A stretch of DNA of 64,000 bases from Anthoceros angustus (Eukaryota; Plantae; Anthocerotophyta). The notes beneath the pieces were generated by a model. That model saw only the letters and a list, made by a program, of their open reading frames with translations. It was not told the DNA's origin and made no database searches. The stretch lies in assembly GCA_010909165.1 (NCBI GenBank), contig VJWM01000317.1, forward strand, positions 1 to 64,000. The letters are read 5' to 3'. Numbering within the stretch: the stretch's first letter is position 1; each line of letters opens with the position of its first letter. Both the position numbers and the translations under genes were made by a program. Of this stretch, positions 50,501-61,240 are shown piece after piece.

Positions 50501-52830
50501 CCAAGTCCGGATCATTTGGTAATTTGTTGGCAGCAGCTAGTCATTTTTACAAGGCCGGGATGCGGAAAGAGGAAGCAGTCTGATGCAAGAGGATCGGCGA
50601 GAGAGTTTGGAGCCGAACATGGTAAAATACGGAAGAAAGCAAAAGACTACGGGAACTATGTCACCGTAGAGACATTCCCAGTGCACCTTTCAGCGGATGA
50701 AGAGAGGTTGGAATCTTCCTTCCACGAGGAGGACTACCTCACCCGAATTCGAGAGCGACATATGCGAAGAAGGTGGTCCGGAGGCTGTGGTGAAATGGAG
50801 AATCTGGCCCTCTTATCTAACCGGATGCGCGATTCGCGTGTGGATGAAGCGTGGACTAATTATCGGCTCGCGTGATTGGAAAGGGCCGAGTTGAGGAGGG
50901 CGTATTGCCCCTTTGTGCATGATTGATCCCAAGGTGTGATGATCTAGAGGACTGGTGGAAAAATTCGAGCAAAAGAAATACATCATGGGTGTGTTAGGCG
51001 GGAACCACACATTTGCGGCAATGCAACATTTGGCGGACATATCACCGATGAAAGAGCGTTTCAAATGGATAGAGGCACATGTATTGTGGGCGACCACACG
51101 AAATGAGGGTTTTGGCGGATCACAATACAATGTCGACAAGCGGCGGAAGATGTCGTTCATAGAGCAAGTAAGATATCTCGAGATGAGCTTATAGCCAAGC
51201 GGGATGGCGTGCATATGTCCATGAATTGGAAGTTCAACTGTATAAGGTATTGGGTCTTATCGAAGATGATGAAGGACGGAAGATGATGCCTACAAAGCAG
51301 AACAAGGTTGACAACGGGCTCTTGTGCATAGCGAAGTTGGAAGGAAGGGTATGGGAGAATGTGGACAAAATTTTTGCAAAGTGGGAGGCTTGTGACTTGC
51401 AGAGAAGAAACATGTGGCGGATTGAGCAAAAGAGCAAAGGCAAGCGGAAGCGGAAGAAAGCGAAACAAGTTGAGGGTATATTGGTGAAGCCCAAGGAGAT
51501 GCGAGACAAAGCCATGGCGTTGCTTTCAAGGTATTCTGCGGGGAGGCGGGCAGCAAATGCTTATTAGTGCCACCGAGAAAGTTCTCCGGCCTTATGGATT
51601 TGAAGGAATGTCGGATGAAATTATATTGCGAAATTGCATATCATCCAAGTGGCCATGGCGAAGCACTTAGGATGTTCATCTTTTGAGATGGTGAGGCAAG
51701 AGTACCCACAACATTCCACCAGTAGTCGCGGGTTCAGGCTTTCGAGGGAAAGGTATGTTATCATACTCTCTTGTTTCTTAGAATCTTTATATGGTATGGG
51801 AGGAGGAGGAGGAGGGAGGCGCGGCATGCCGCCTCATGGGATGGCGCCGGCCTCGCCCGTCGAGGTTGGGTGGGGGCGGCATCGCCCCTCATATAGTAGG
51901 GGTTGCCACGGGGAGGACGGCGCATGCGCGCCCACCGGTCTAGATGCTCGGGCCCTAAGTGCGGGGAGGCGCCCGCATCTCGCCTCCGCTAATATTGAGC
52001 ATCCTTTTTTGTGCAGCAACAAAAGACATTGAAGTCCTTACCAAGTGCCGAAAACTTTCAGCAGTTCATTTATGAGGTCAACACTTGGAAGGGCTTGGAG
52101 GATGAGCAGAGCTCGCATGAGATAGAGACATAGAAGAGGATTGTTGCAATTCACATCCGATCGGAGAAAAAATCGATGTCAGTTCATGCTCGAGATGTGC
52201 GGGATATGCGAGGTTTTGTGAGGAAGAGGAGTTACTCTTTGCTTGTGATGGATGTCCCACGTGGATTCGAGAAGGGCCCAAAGGATGGAAGGTTTGATAT
52301 TTGGCAAGTTGGTAATGTTTTGCATTCCTTCCATGACTTGTTGAATCTGGCGATTCGGGATGATCATAATGCATGGTGTGGAAGATTCACATATTGTGCG
52401 GGGAGCCTATCACGGAAGTGGTGCGGAGGGTGGTCTTGTTTCATTTGTGTGGACAAGACAAATGTCAACAACGACAAGGGTGGGTTTGATACGGTGGAGT
52501 ATGTCAGCGGGTGAAATGAAGAAAAGCTCGAGTTGCGGTCATCATGTTACCTAATGTTTTGCGGGCACTTTCAATAATGGTCGGTCGGTGATTGCCCACC
52601 ATACGATTGTGAAAAATGGTTTATCATTCACTTGACAAACTTGTTATCTGTCCCTACCAGTGACCTTTAGGTTTGATGATGAAGCTTATCAAGACATTCT
52701 CAAGGAAGGGTGGATATTGGATGCATGTGCGGTAGTGGGTCATCTTTAATGGCTGCCTTGTTGTCGGCGAAATTGTATTTCTATCGAGGACAAGAGGTGT
52801 GCATTCATTCCAGCGTGTACATGGATATGA
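47505..52830 (+). CDS. ParB/Srx-like domain plus beta-class N4C/N6A DNA methyltransferase, multi-exon fusion gene (frameshifted; 1.56-kb segment duplicated)
   Basis: Putative exon 1 MASGRALRSKK (47505) with donor GTAAGG at ~47695. YIMGVLGGNHTFAA at 49474 and 50991. Intron 51753-52016. LLVMDVPRGF at 52242-52268. VICPYQ*PLGLMMKLIKTFS at ~52643-52702. WILDACAGSGSSLMAALL.GRNCISIE at ~52711-52790 with two 1-nt frameshifts. Motif IV precedes motif I, the beta-class order. Confidence 0.72.
48803..51880. repeat. Tandem duplication (~1.56 kb x2) of the ParB-like exon block
   Basis: Units start at GGCATGCCG at 48803 and 50370. Both contain VLGGNHTFAA and MSFIEQVRYLEMS. Confidence 0.9.
51753..52016 (+). 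other. Spliceosomal intron linking the ParB-side exon to the methyltransferase exon
   Basis: AAG|GTATGT donor and TTTTTTGTGCAG| acceptor. The downstream exon is in frame with MSVHARDVRDM at 52176 (53 codons, one TAG). Confidence 0.65.
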
Positions 52831-53514
52831 AATCTTAGGATGCGGAGGAGGCGACACATGAGCCGCATCGTCGTGGTCCATCTCAATTACAGGCCAAGGA
52901 GGTTTGCGTCGTGAGAAGGATATTGGGAAGGCTCAAATTGTGCCTCTAGGGTCGGCGAATGAAAGAAAGGACTGGAGACCACAGCCGATGAGGGCAACAG
53001 ACACTAGAGGTGTATGGCACACTGACCTCGAAGTTGACGGAAGGAAGGCAGCGCCCGGCGATGATGGTCATGGACTCTTTCGGAGAGCGGATGAAGCCGA
53101 AGCGTCACCGTAGTTCACGATAGTGAAGCCGGTTTGTGTGCGGTTGAATCTTGAGACCGTGAACTTCCTTAGGTGGCTAGAACGTTTTCTGTTTCGTGCT
53201 GTATGTCGTATGGGCCGTTGTCTTTGGAGTGGATGACACGCGGATCTTCTAGTAGCAAGTTGTTACGTATAAGCCATGAGGCCATTTTGAATACATCGGC
53301 GGGCACTCTACTTATAAGCGAGCATTGCCGCTTGTCCGCAAGCATCCACACGCACCTAGCACCTTCATTGCGGACCCCTTTGAACCGAAATTGAATGTCT
53401 CAATCACAATGATTGCTTGTGCGCGTGTGCTTTCGAGGCGTGTTTGGAGCGAATTAATGGCCTATGAAAAGTACCAATGACAATTTTTCCATAACCGCGT
53501 ACATTATTCATGGT

Positions 53515-53533
53515 GTATGAATATTATCGTGTT
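53515..53533 (-). repeat. Right terminal inverted repeat GTATGAATATTATCGTGTT
   Basis: Exact reverse complement of 39726-39744. Followed by CATG at 53534-53537. Confidence 0.95.
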
Positions 53534-53578
53534 CATGGGGCAAGATGCCACTTGGGAAGACTTTTCTTTAGAGGAGGA

Positions 53579-54657
53579 CAGGCATTAAAACTTGTCGGCC
53601 CGATGAAGTGTGTTGACTAGCTAGATAGGAATGTTGGCGAGAGCCATTAAGGCTCACATAGGTGAATTTTGCTAGAATAGAATTTTACCCAAGATGCTTG
53701 GATGTCGAACTTAAATTCGACAATAGGATACACTAAAATAAGGAGTAAAGGTGCGAGGCGCGCCGAGGCTGTATGTGAGGACCTCCCTATAAAAGGAGGA
53801 GCTTGTGAAGTAAAATTATCGTGTCTTGCGCTCCCATCCTCCGAGTCCTTCACTTTGTGTGCGGGAATTTCGTCTTGCATACCAAGCCAAGTCTGGTAGA
53901 GAGGAGCAGTCGGTCTTTGGGCGGAGGGCTTGCTCTTCTGAGCGCCCACTAGCTGCTCCCCTTGTGAATGGTTCTTTGTGTGAATTGTTTTGCTTTGAGT
54001 GTGTGGCGATGCTCAAGGAACTCTCGGCTTGAGGGTAGGCTGGAAAGACTCCTGGAGGTTCTCATTTATGGTACAAACCACATAGCCGGAAGAACTCGTT
54101 AATTTCGAGACGGACCCAGGCGGTTGTGCCGTAAGGCGAGTTGGAATTAATGAGCCGACAATTAGTGTTAGAGTAGGAGATTGTGGAGGAAGGAAGGGTA
54201 GATGAGTAGAGAAGAAGAGGCGTTGTTGATTGAGAGAGTTGTGAGGAGGATTAGAGTGTAGGAAAAGCGGAGGCCACAGGCGAGCCTAAGGGACGATCCC
54301 AAATCTGCAAGTAAGAGGGCTCCACATGTGGAGAAGAGTGTCTTAGGAGTAGGGACGAAGTTGCGGTGTGGGTCGGGGGTCACAGGCGCCGTGATGACAC
54401 CTTCTTTGTTAAGGCGTACACTGGTGTGTGGTGTCGTTGTAGGTTGAGGTTTGGTGAGTTCTGACGGCTGGTGCGTGGCTGCTGTAGAGGCGTGAGGCGC
54501 CTTGCTTGTTTAGAAGGCTGAGGTAGTGTGGAGCTGCGGTGGTGATTTCTCAAGATCGGATTTTGTCTCATGGGGCGAAACCCAGCGTCTGAAGCAGCGG
54601 TGGGATAAGTGTGGCGCTAGAGGGTGCATCTCGGGAGCCAGGATCACGCCTCCCACC
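53579..54657 (+). repeat. Gypsy 3' LTR (variant B end), preceded by PPT
   Basis: PPT at ~53562-53578. Similar to the family A LTRs. Ends ...GGATCACGCCTCCCAC(C)A with no PBS after it. Confidence 0.85.
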
Positions 54658-57600
54658 AGGGAGGTGCAAAGGGTGATCTTCCAAGAAGATGGACATGATC
54701 ATCATGGGCGGGTTGATAGCCGTGGTAATGTGGAGAGGCACATTCCTCCACGGTGATGATGAACGAGGTCGAACAAGCTCCTATAGAGGTGCACATGCTC
54801 GTGGGTCGAGGCGGATTACACGACCTCGGCGGTGTAATCCATCTCCTGGATTATGTCGTCTTTGACAGTTACAGGAACCCTCTTCTTACAAAAGAGCCAT
54901 GTCAATGAATAACAAGCGAGTGGGAGAAGGCCATGCGATTGATGAATTATTGCATAAAACCAAACTTGGGAGTTGGTTCGTTGCCTAGGGATAAGAAGGC
55001 ACTCACGTGCAAATGGGTGTACAAGATGAAGGTCATACCCTTGATGGCAAACCAAAGTACAAGGCACGATTGGTTGCTAAGGGTTTCAAGCAACAACCGA
55101 GCATTGACTTTGATGAGATTTTCTCACGGTAGCCAAAATGACAACTTTGCGATGTGTTCTTGCTTTGGTTGCGAGAATGATATGGAACTTATGCGGATGG
55201 ATGTCAACACGACATTCTTGCATGGTGACCTTCAAGAGGACGTCTAGCAATATGTGATAGCCAGAATGGGTTTCTTGCATCCAAGAAGATGGACATGATC
55301 ATCATGGGCGGGTTGATAGCAATGTGGTAGTAGAGCACATTCCTCCACCGATAGATGAACGAGGTCGACAAGCTCCTATAGAGGTGCACGTAGCCGTGGG
55401 TCGAGCGAGGATTACACGACCTCGGCGGTATATAATCCATCTCCTGGATTATGTCGTCTTTGACAGTTGTGGGGAACCCTCTTCTTACAAAAGAGCCATG
55501 TCAATGAATAACAAGCGAGTGGGAGAAGGCCATGCGATCGGAAATGAATTGACATAAAACCAAACTTGGGAGTTGGTTGGTTGCCTAGGATAAGAAGGCA
55601 CTCACAGTGCAAATGGGTGTACAAGATGAAGGTCATACCCTTGATGGCAAACCAGCACGATTGGTTGCTAAGGGTTTCAAGCAACAACCGAGCATTGACT
55701 TTGATGAGATTTTCTCACCAGTAGCCAAAATGACAACTTTGCGATGTGTTCTTGCTTTGGTTGCCAGGAATGATATGGAACTTGTACAGATGGATGTCAA
55801 CACGACATTCTTGCATGGTGACCTTCAAGAGGACGTCTACATGTAGCAATGTGGAATGGGTTTCTTGCATCCGAAGACGCAAAGAGGCCACATTTACCCT
55901 CTATGTCGTTATAGTCTTAGGATTCGATCCCAAGGGAATGGTTTTGTGTCAAGGTGTTCTGAATCTATGGATTCTAGACCTACCCCGCCGCTCACTACCC
56001 ACCTTATCCAGCTACCCTACCCAAACCCACCACGTGGTAGACTGCCACCGCAGCGGTTCACCACCGTGGCGGGTCCCACCACGCTGCACCGCGGGGTCTA
56101 TTTGTCACCGCTCCTCGCAGACCTTGGGGCTATGGACATACAAACACCTATATACACCTCACTTACCTCTAGGAATTTCTGCGATTCCACCGCACTTCCA
56201 CTCCCCCACGCATTTCGATTTTCCCCACACGCACTCACAATCCCTCACAGTAGCACTCATCTACCCTTTGAGGACCTTTCCCTTCCTAATGAACTCTCCC
56301 TCGCCTCCCACCAGGGAGGTGCAAGGGTGATCTTCCAAGAAGATGGACATGATCATCATGGGGGCGAGTGGTAATGTGTGGTGGAGCACATTCCTCCACC
56401 GATAGATGAACGAAGAGTCGAACAAGCTCCTATAGAGGAGTGCCGTGGGTCAGAGGCAGATTACACGACCTCGGCGGTGTATAATCCATCTACGGATTAT
56501 GTCGACAGGTGACAGTTGGGGAACCCTCTTCTTACAAAGAGGCCATGTCAATGAATAACAAATGAGGGAGAAGGCCATGCGGTCAAAATGAATTTGCATA
56601 AAACCAAACTTGGGAGTTGGTTGGTTGCCTAGGGATAAGAAGGCACTCACAGGTAAAATGGGTGTACAAGATGAAGGTCATACCCTACGATGGCAAACCA
56701 AGTACAAGGCACGATTGGTTGCTAAGGGTTTCAAGCAACAACCGAGCATTGACTTTGATGAGATTTTCTCACGGTAGCAAAATGACAACTTTGCGATGTG
56801 TTCTTGCTTTGGTTGCGAGAATGATATGGAACTTATGCAGGATGGATGTCAACACGACATTCTTGCATGGTGACCTTCAAGAGGCGTCTACATGTAGCAA
56901 TGTGGAATGGGTTTTGCATCCGAAGACGCAAAGAGGCCACATTTACCCTCTATGTCGTTATAGTCCTAGGATTCGATCCCAAGGGAATGGTTTTGTGTCA
57001 AGGTGTTCTGAATCTATGGATTCTAGACCTACCCCGCCGCTCACTACCCCACCTTATCCAGCTACCCTACCCCAAACCCACCACCGTAGATCGCCACCGC
57101 AGTTGGTGTTCACCATCGTGGCGGGTCCCACCACAGCGCGCCGCCTGTCGCGGGGGTCTATTTGTCACCGGCTTCCCTGGCGCAGACCTTGGGGCTACAT
57201 ACAAACACCTATATACACCTCACTACTAGGAATTTCTGCGATTCCACCGCACACCCCCACGCATTTCGATTTTCCCTCACACACTCTCACAATCCCTCAC
57301 AGTAGCACTCATCTACCCTTTGAGGACCTTTCCCTTCCTAATGAACTCTCCCTCGCCTCACGGGCCACACAGACCCCTCCTTGGGCCGCACAGACCCCTC
57401 CTTGGGCCACACACAGACCCCTCCTTGGGCCACAGACCTCCTTGGGCCACCACAGACCCCTCTCATGGAATAAAACACGCCTGGTGTGGGGAACCCTCTT
57501 CTTACAAAAGAGCCATGTCAATGAATAACAAGCGAGTGGGAGAAGGCCATGCGATCGGAAATGAATTGACATAAAACCAAACTTGGGAGTTGGTTGGTTG

Positions 57601-58299
57601 CCTAGGATAAGAAGGCACTCACAGTGCAAATGGGTGTACAAGATGAAGGTCATACCCTTGATGGCAAACCAGCACGATTGGTTGCTAAGGGTTTCAAGCA
57701 ACAACCGAGCATTGACTTTGATGAGATTTTCTCACGGTAGCCAAAATGACAACTTTGCGATGTGTTCTTGCTTTGGTTGCAGAATGATATGGAACTTGCG
57801 GATGGATGTCAACACGACATTCTTGCATGGTGACCTTCAAGAGGACGTCTACATGTAGCAATGTGGAATGGGTTTTGCATCCGAAGAAGCGCAAAGAGGC
57901 CACATTTACCCTCTATGTCGTTATAGTCCTAGGATTCGATCCCAAGGGAATGGTTTTGTGTCAGGTGTTACGAATCTATGGATTCTAGACCTACCCGTCG
58001 CTCACTACCCACCTTCTCCGGCTACCCTACCCAAACCCACCGTGGTAGACTCGGCCACCGATGGTGGTTCAACCAGTGGTCCCACGTGCGCATCGCGAGT
58101 CTATTGTCACCGGCTTCTCGCGCGACCTTGGGGCTATGGGCACAAACACCTATATACACCTCACTTACTTAGGAATTTCTGCGATTCCACCACTTCCACT
58201 CCCCCTCGCATTTCGATTTTCCCTCACGCACTCACAATCCCTCACGGTAGCACTCATCTACCCTTTGAGGACCTTTCCCTTCTAATGAACTCTCCCTCG

Positions 58300-58402
58300 C
58301 CTCACGGGCCACAGACCCCTCCTTGGGCCACACAGACCCCTCCTTGGGCCACCACGGACCCCTCCTTGGGCCCAGACCCCTCCTTGGGCCACAGACCCCT
58401 CT
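58300..58402. repeat. Short tandem repeat, ~20-bp unit CACAGACCCCTCCTTGGGC x~5 (second array at 57360-57462)
   Basis: Read directly from the sequence. Followed by AATAAAACACGC in both arrays. Confidence 0.9.
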
Positions 58403-59329
58403 CCTTGGAATAAAACACGCTGGTGGCGGTTGGGAAGAGGATCGAAAGAAACCCCGCTGCTTGGGCGATTCGCCTTCCCGGCAGCTCCGCCTCGGCCTTC
58501 GCGGCAATTCCTACCTCTTTTTCCAAGGCCACCCTCCTCACACCCCGTGGAGCTTGGCCACCCGCCTCGACCATCCAGGATCTTCCGGCCTTCTTGTGAC
58601 GAGAAGGCGGTGCATCGAACGAGTTTGATGCTGATCAGACGTCTCCAACCAACCTCGCGCATAGCTTCAACACACGGAAGTTCACACCTAAAATTGTCTG
58701 TTAAGAGAGACTCTCAAGGGTCTCTTATACATTCAGCTGTGGATTTCCACAGCTCACTCCTACCAGTGTCTAGAAAATATGGCCCACTACCACGAGCGCT
58801 CCTACCAATTCAGGTAACTACAGCTCCACGGGTCCTCAAAACATCCTATCCCCTACCCCAAAAAGAAGCCTCTGGCCTATGATGTCGCGCTCCCCTAAAA
58901 TCAGTAGCGTGATTCTTTGCCTAGCCTACGGTAGGTGGGGTTCCGTCGCTCTCGCTCTCTGCCGCCTCATCCGGCGATTCTCCCCAAAACCTCCACCTCG
59001 GCATCGCACTGCGGTTTCTTGGCGTCTTCCATGGGCGTCGTCGTCTATAGGCCCTATGCATTATTCCGCTCCTCATCGTTTGGACGCCACAGTGTGCTCC
59101 TCCCTCACGCCACAGCCTCCGCTCATTTCCTCGATCACCACTTGGGGGTAGGCCCCGCTCCGTTCGGAAGAACCAGTGGCGTGGCGGTCAAGATGTCGAC
59201 CAATAGTTTACGCCCCTCTGTCCCAACAACCACATACACATTTAGAGTGAGCACCGCTCACCATGCGGCGAAGCAGGACATGAGCATCCTCATCCAGGGC
59301 CGTAACTGTCGCTCTTGACTACGAGGTTC

Positions 59330-61240
59330 TTACCCTCTCCTCCGTGGACAATCACAGGCGGTGCCTTGGATCGGGGGATCGTATCCCCACTGCGGCGCTC
59401 TGGGTGACTTCCCCACCTCGGTTCCTCCTTCGCGGCGGTGGCGGTTTAGCCACCGTGGTGGTAGTTTCCCCGGTGGTGGCTTGACTCTGCTGTTCTTGTG
59501 GCTCGCCCTTCTTGGTTTGGCCACCTCTCTCTTGACTCGGCCCTAGCTTCATCTCTCTCTCGCTTATATCTCTCATGACTTCTTGAATTTCTCAGGCGCC
59601 ATTGTTTCCATTTGTTCACAGGCTCATGAGACCTCATCTTGAAGCTCCTCGATTGTGGCATGCGCCCCTTGACTGATTCACTAAGGCCTCTGTTGGGTGG
59701 ACATGGCCTTCGCTCACATGCCTTGCATAGGGCCGCCTCGCATTCCGTCTGCGCTCCTCGCCACCTTGTTCTCGCCTTCGGGCTCTCCAACTTCTCCTTG
59801 AGCAACTTTTCCTGTTGGCACACTCGGCCGGTGAGAGCCATGGTGCACAGTCGAGGAGATCACTGCGTCGAGCCATGGTCGGGGCACAGTTCGAATTGGG
59901 CCCCGTGCCCATTCCCTTCCACAACAATTCTACGCGCGGTGTCACTGTCTCCACTTGATGGGACGTCGGTGAAATGTCGCCAAAAATGTTCCGGAGCTCC
60001 GTCGCGGACTTGGCTATCGAAACTAACCCCTCTTCTTCTAGGGGTTGGTTTGCCACAACTTCCTCATCCGCTCCAATCTCTCCTAGCGGCAGCGACTCCT
60101 CCCCTGCACCTGAGAGGGGCACAACTTGTCGTTTCCCTTTTATTTTCTCCTCCTTCACTCGCGTTCCTGCTGCCGATTTCGACCTGGTGACCCTAGGTGT
60201 GGCTGTGGGTTCCTCTTCTGCTGCGGCTGTCCTTCCCTTCTTCAGACCCGTTCGGCCGTCGCCCTCCGCTTCTTGCCCTTGGAAACCTCCACCTTCATCC
60301 AAGATCTTCTAGGAGGCGCATTCCCTTCTGGAATCCTTCCGGAATCTTCCTTACACTCCTCCTCCTCTACCTTGAGTTCCACGGTTTCCGGCTATGAAGG
60401 CGGAACCGACTTCAACTCCGTTAGACACCGGGCGCGAACACATGAATTAGAAAAGGTGAAATCAAGGAGGGAGGGAAGGGAGAGCAAATTCGCCCTCTCC
60501 TCACAGGCTCTTTCAAAGATCATCCGCCCCAATCGATTTGTGTACCTTTAACCACCTCATGAAGAAAGACCGAGTGAGTGCGCCATATGATCCAACTTGA
60601 TTCTGCGAACACAAAATCCACTTGGCTAATCCCACAGTTGGAACACGAGTTGGCGAGTCACCCATCCATTGTTCACTCTCACTTCTCCGGGCTTCATGGC
60701 CTTGACTCTCGGGGTCTTCTTTCTCTGGGGTCAATTACCAAGCTTCCATCCTCGATGCTTCTCGCCCATACTTTCGAAAGAGTCCCAAATCCCAGTTTTG
60801 CGGCCTCTTCCTCGCGTCTCCCTCTTGCAACTTGGTTCTCAATTGCCGGGCGCACTCTTGCACCAATGCTGAGCTGTCGTAACACCATTTCTTCTCCATA
60901 AATTCCAGACCCAGCTCCTGCACCAGGCTGCCCGCTCTCACCTTCCAGTGGTCCATGTTGGGCCACTGCATGGTGGGAATTTCGGCCGCAGCTCGGGGCG
61001 CCATCTCCCTTTCTCCTTGTTTCTTCAGGAAAAGAACCCGACCCTCCTGCAAACGCTGGTCAGAAAAAGGGGACACCACCCTCGCGCGTCTCCTCCACTC
61101 GCCTTTGCGCTGGCGCTCTTGCCTCAGCGTCTCTTTTCCTCCTTCGCTACTTCGCCAGCGCCTGGTTTCCTTCCTCCGCCACCCGTGCGTGCGCGTCGTC
61201 CACACCTGCAAGCGAGAGCCCGGTAGCGGTTGCATCGCGC
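59330..61240 (-). pseudogene. Accessory-type ORF remnants in family C (low-complexity and coiled-coil segments), function unknown
   Basis: Several overlapping minus-strand ORFs (59634-60302, 60513-60734, 60694-60966) that read as one frameshifted protein. No RT, INT or gag motifs. Confidence 0.4.

Larger units (their letters stand above)
39726..53533. mobile_element. TIR DNA transposon (Sola-like transposase) carrying a ParB-like/DNA amino-methyltransferase gene
   Basis: Perfect 19-bp TIRs, CATG on both sides, and an empty site GAAGACATGGGGCAAG seen five times elsewhere in the window. Internal transposase and cargo genes. Confidence 0.92.

Noticed and set aside
52170-52800. C5-cytosine methyltransferase (MET1/CMT/DRM type)
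   Set aside because: No PCQ or ENV motifs. The motif content and order fit beta-class amino-methyltransferases.
47505-52830. Bacterial or phage contaminant explaining the ParB-MTase
   Set aside because: The gene has GT-AG introns, lies between TIRs, and the element interrupts a plant retrotransposon at a site whose empty form is present in the window.
57360-58402. 20-bp repeats as CRISPR or iteron array
   Set aside because: Directly abutting minisatellite units with no spacers, inside a retroelement end.
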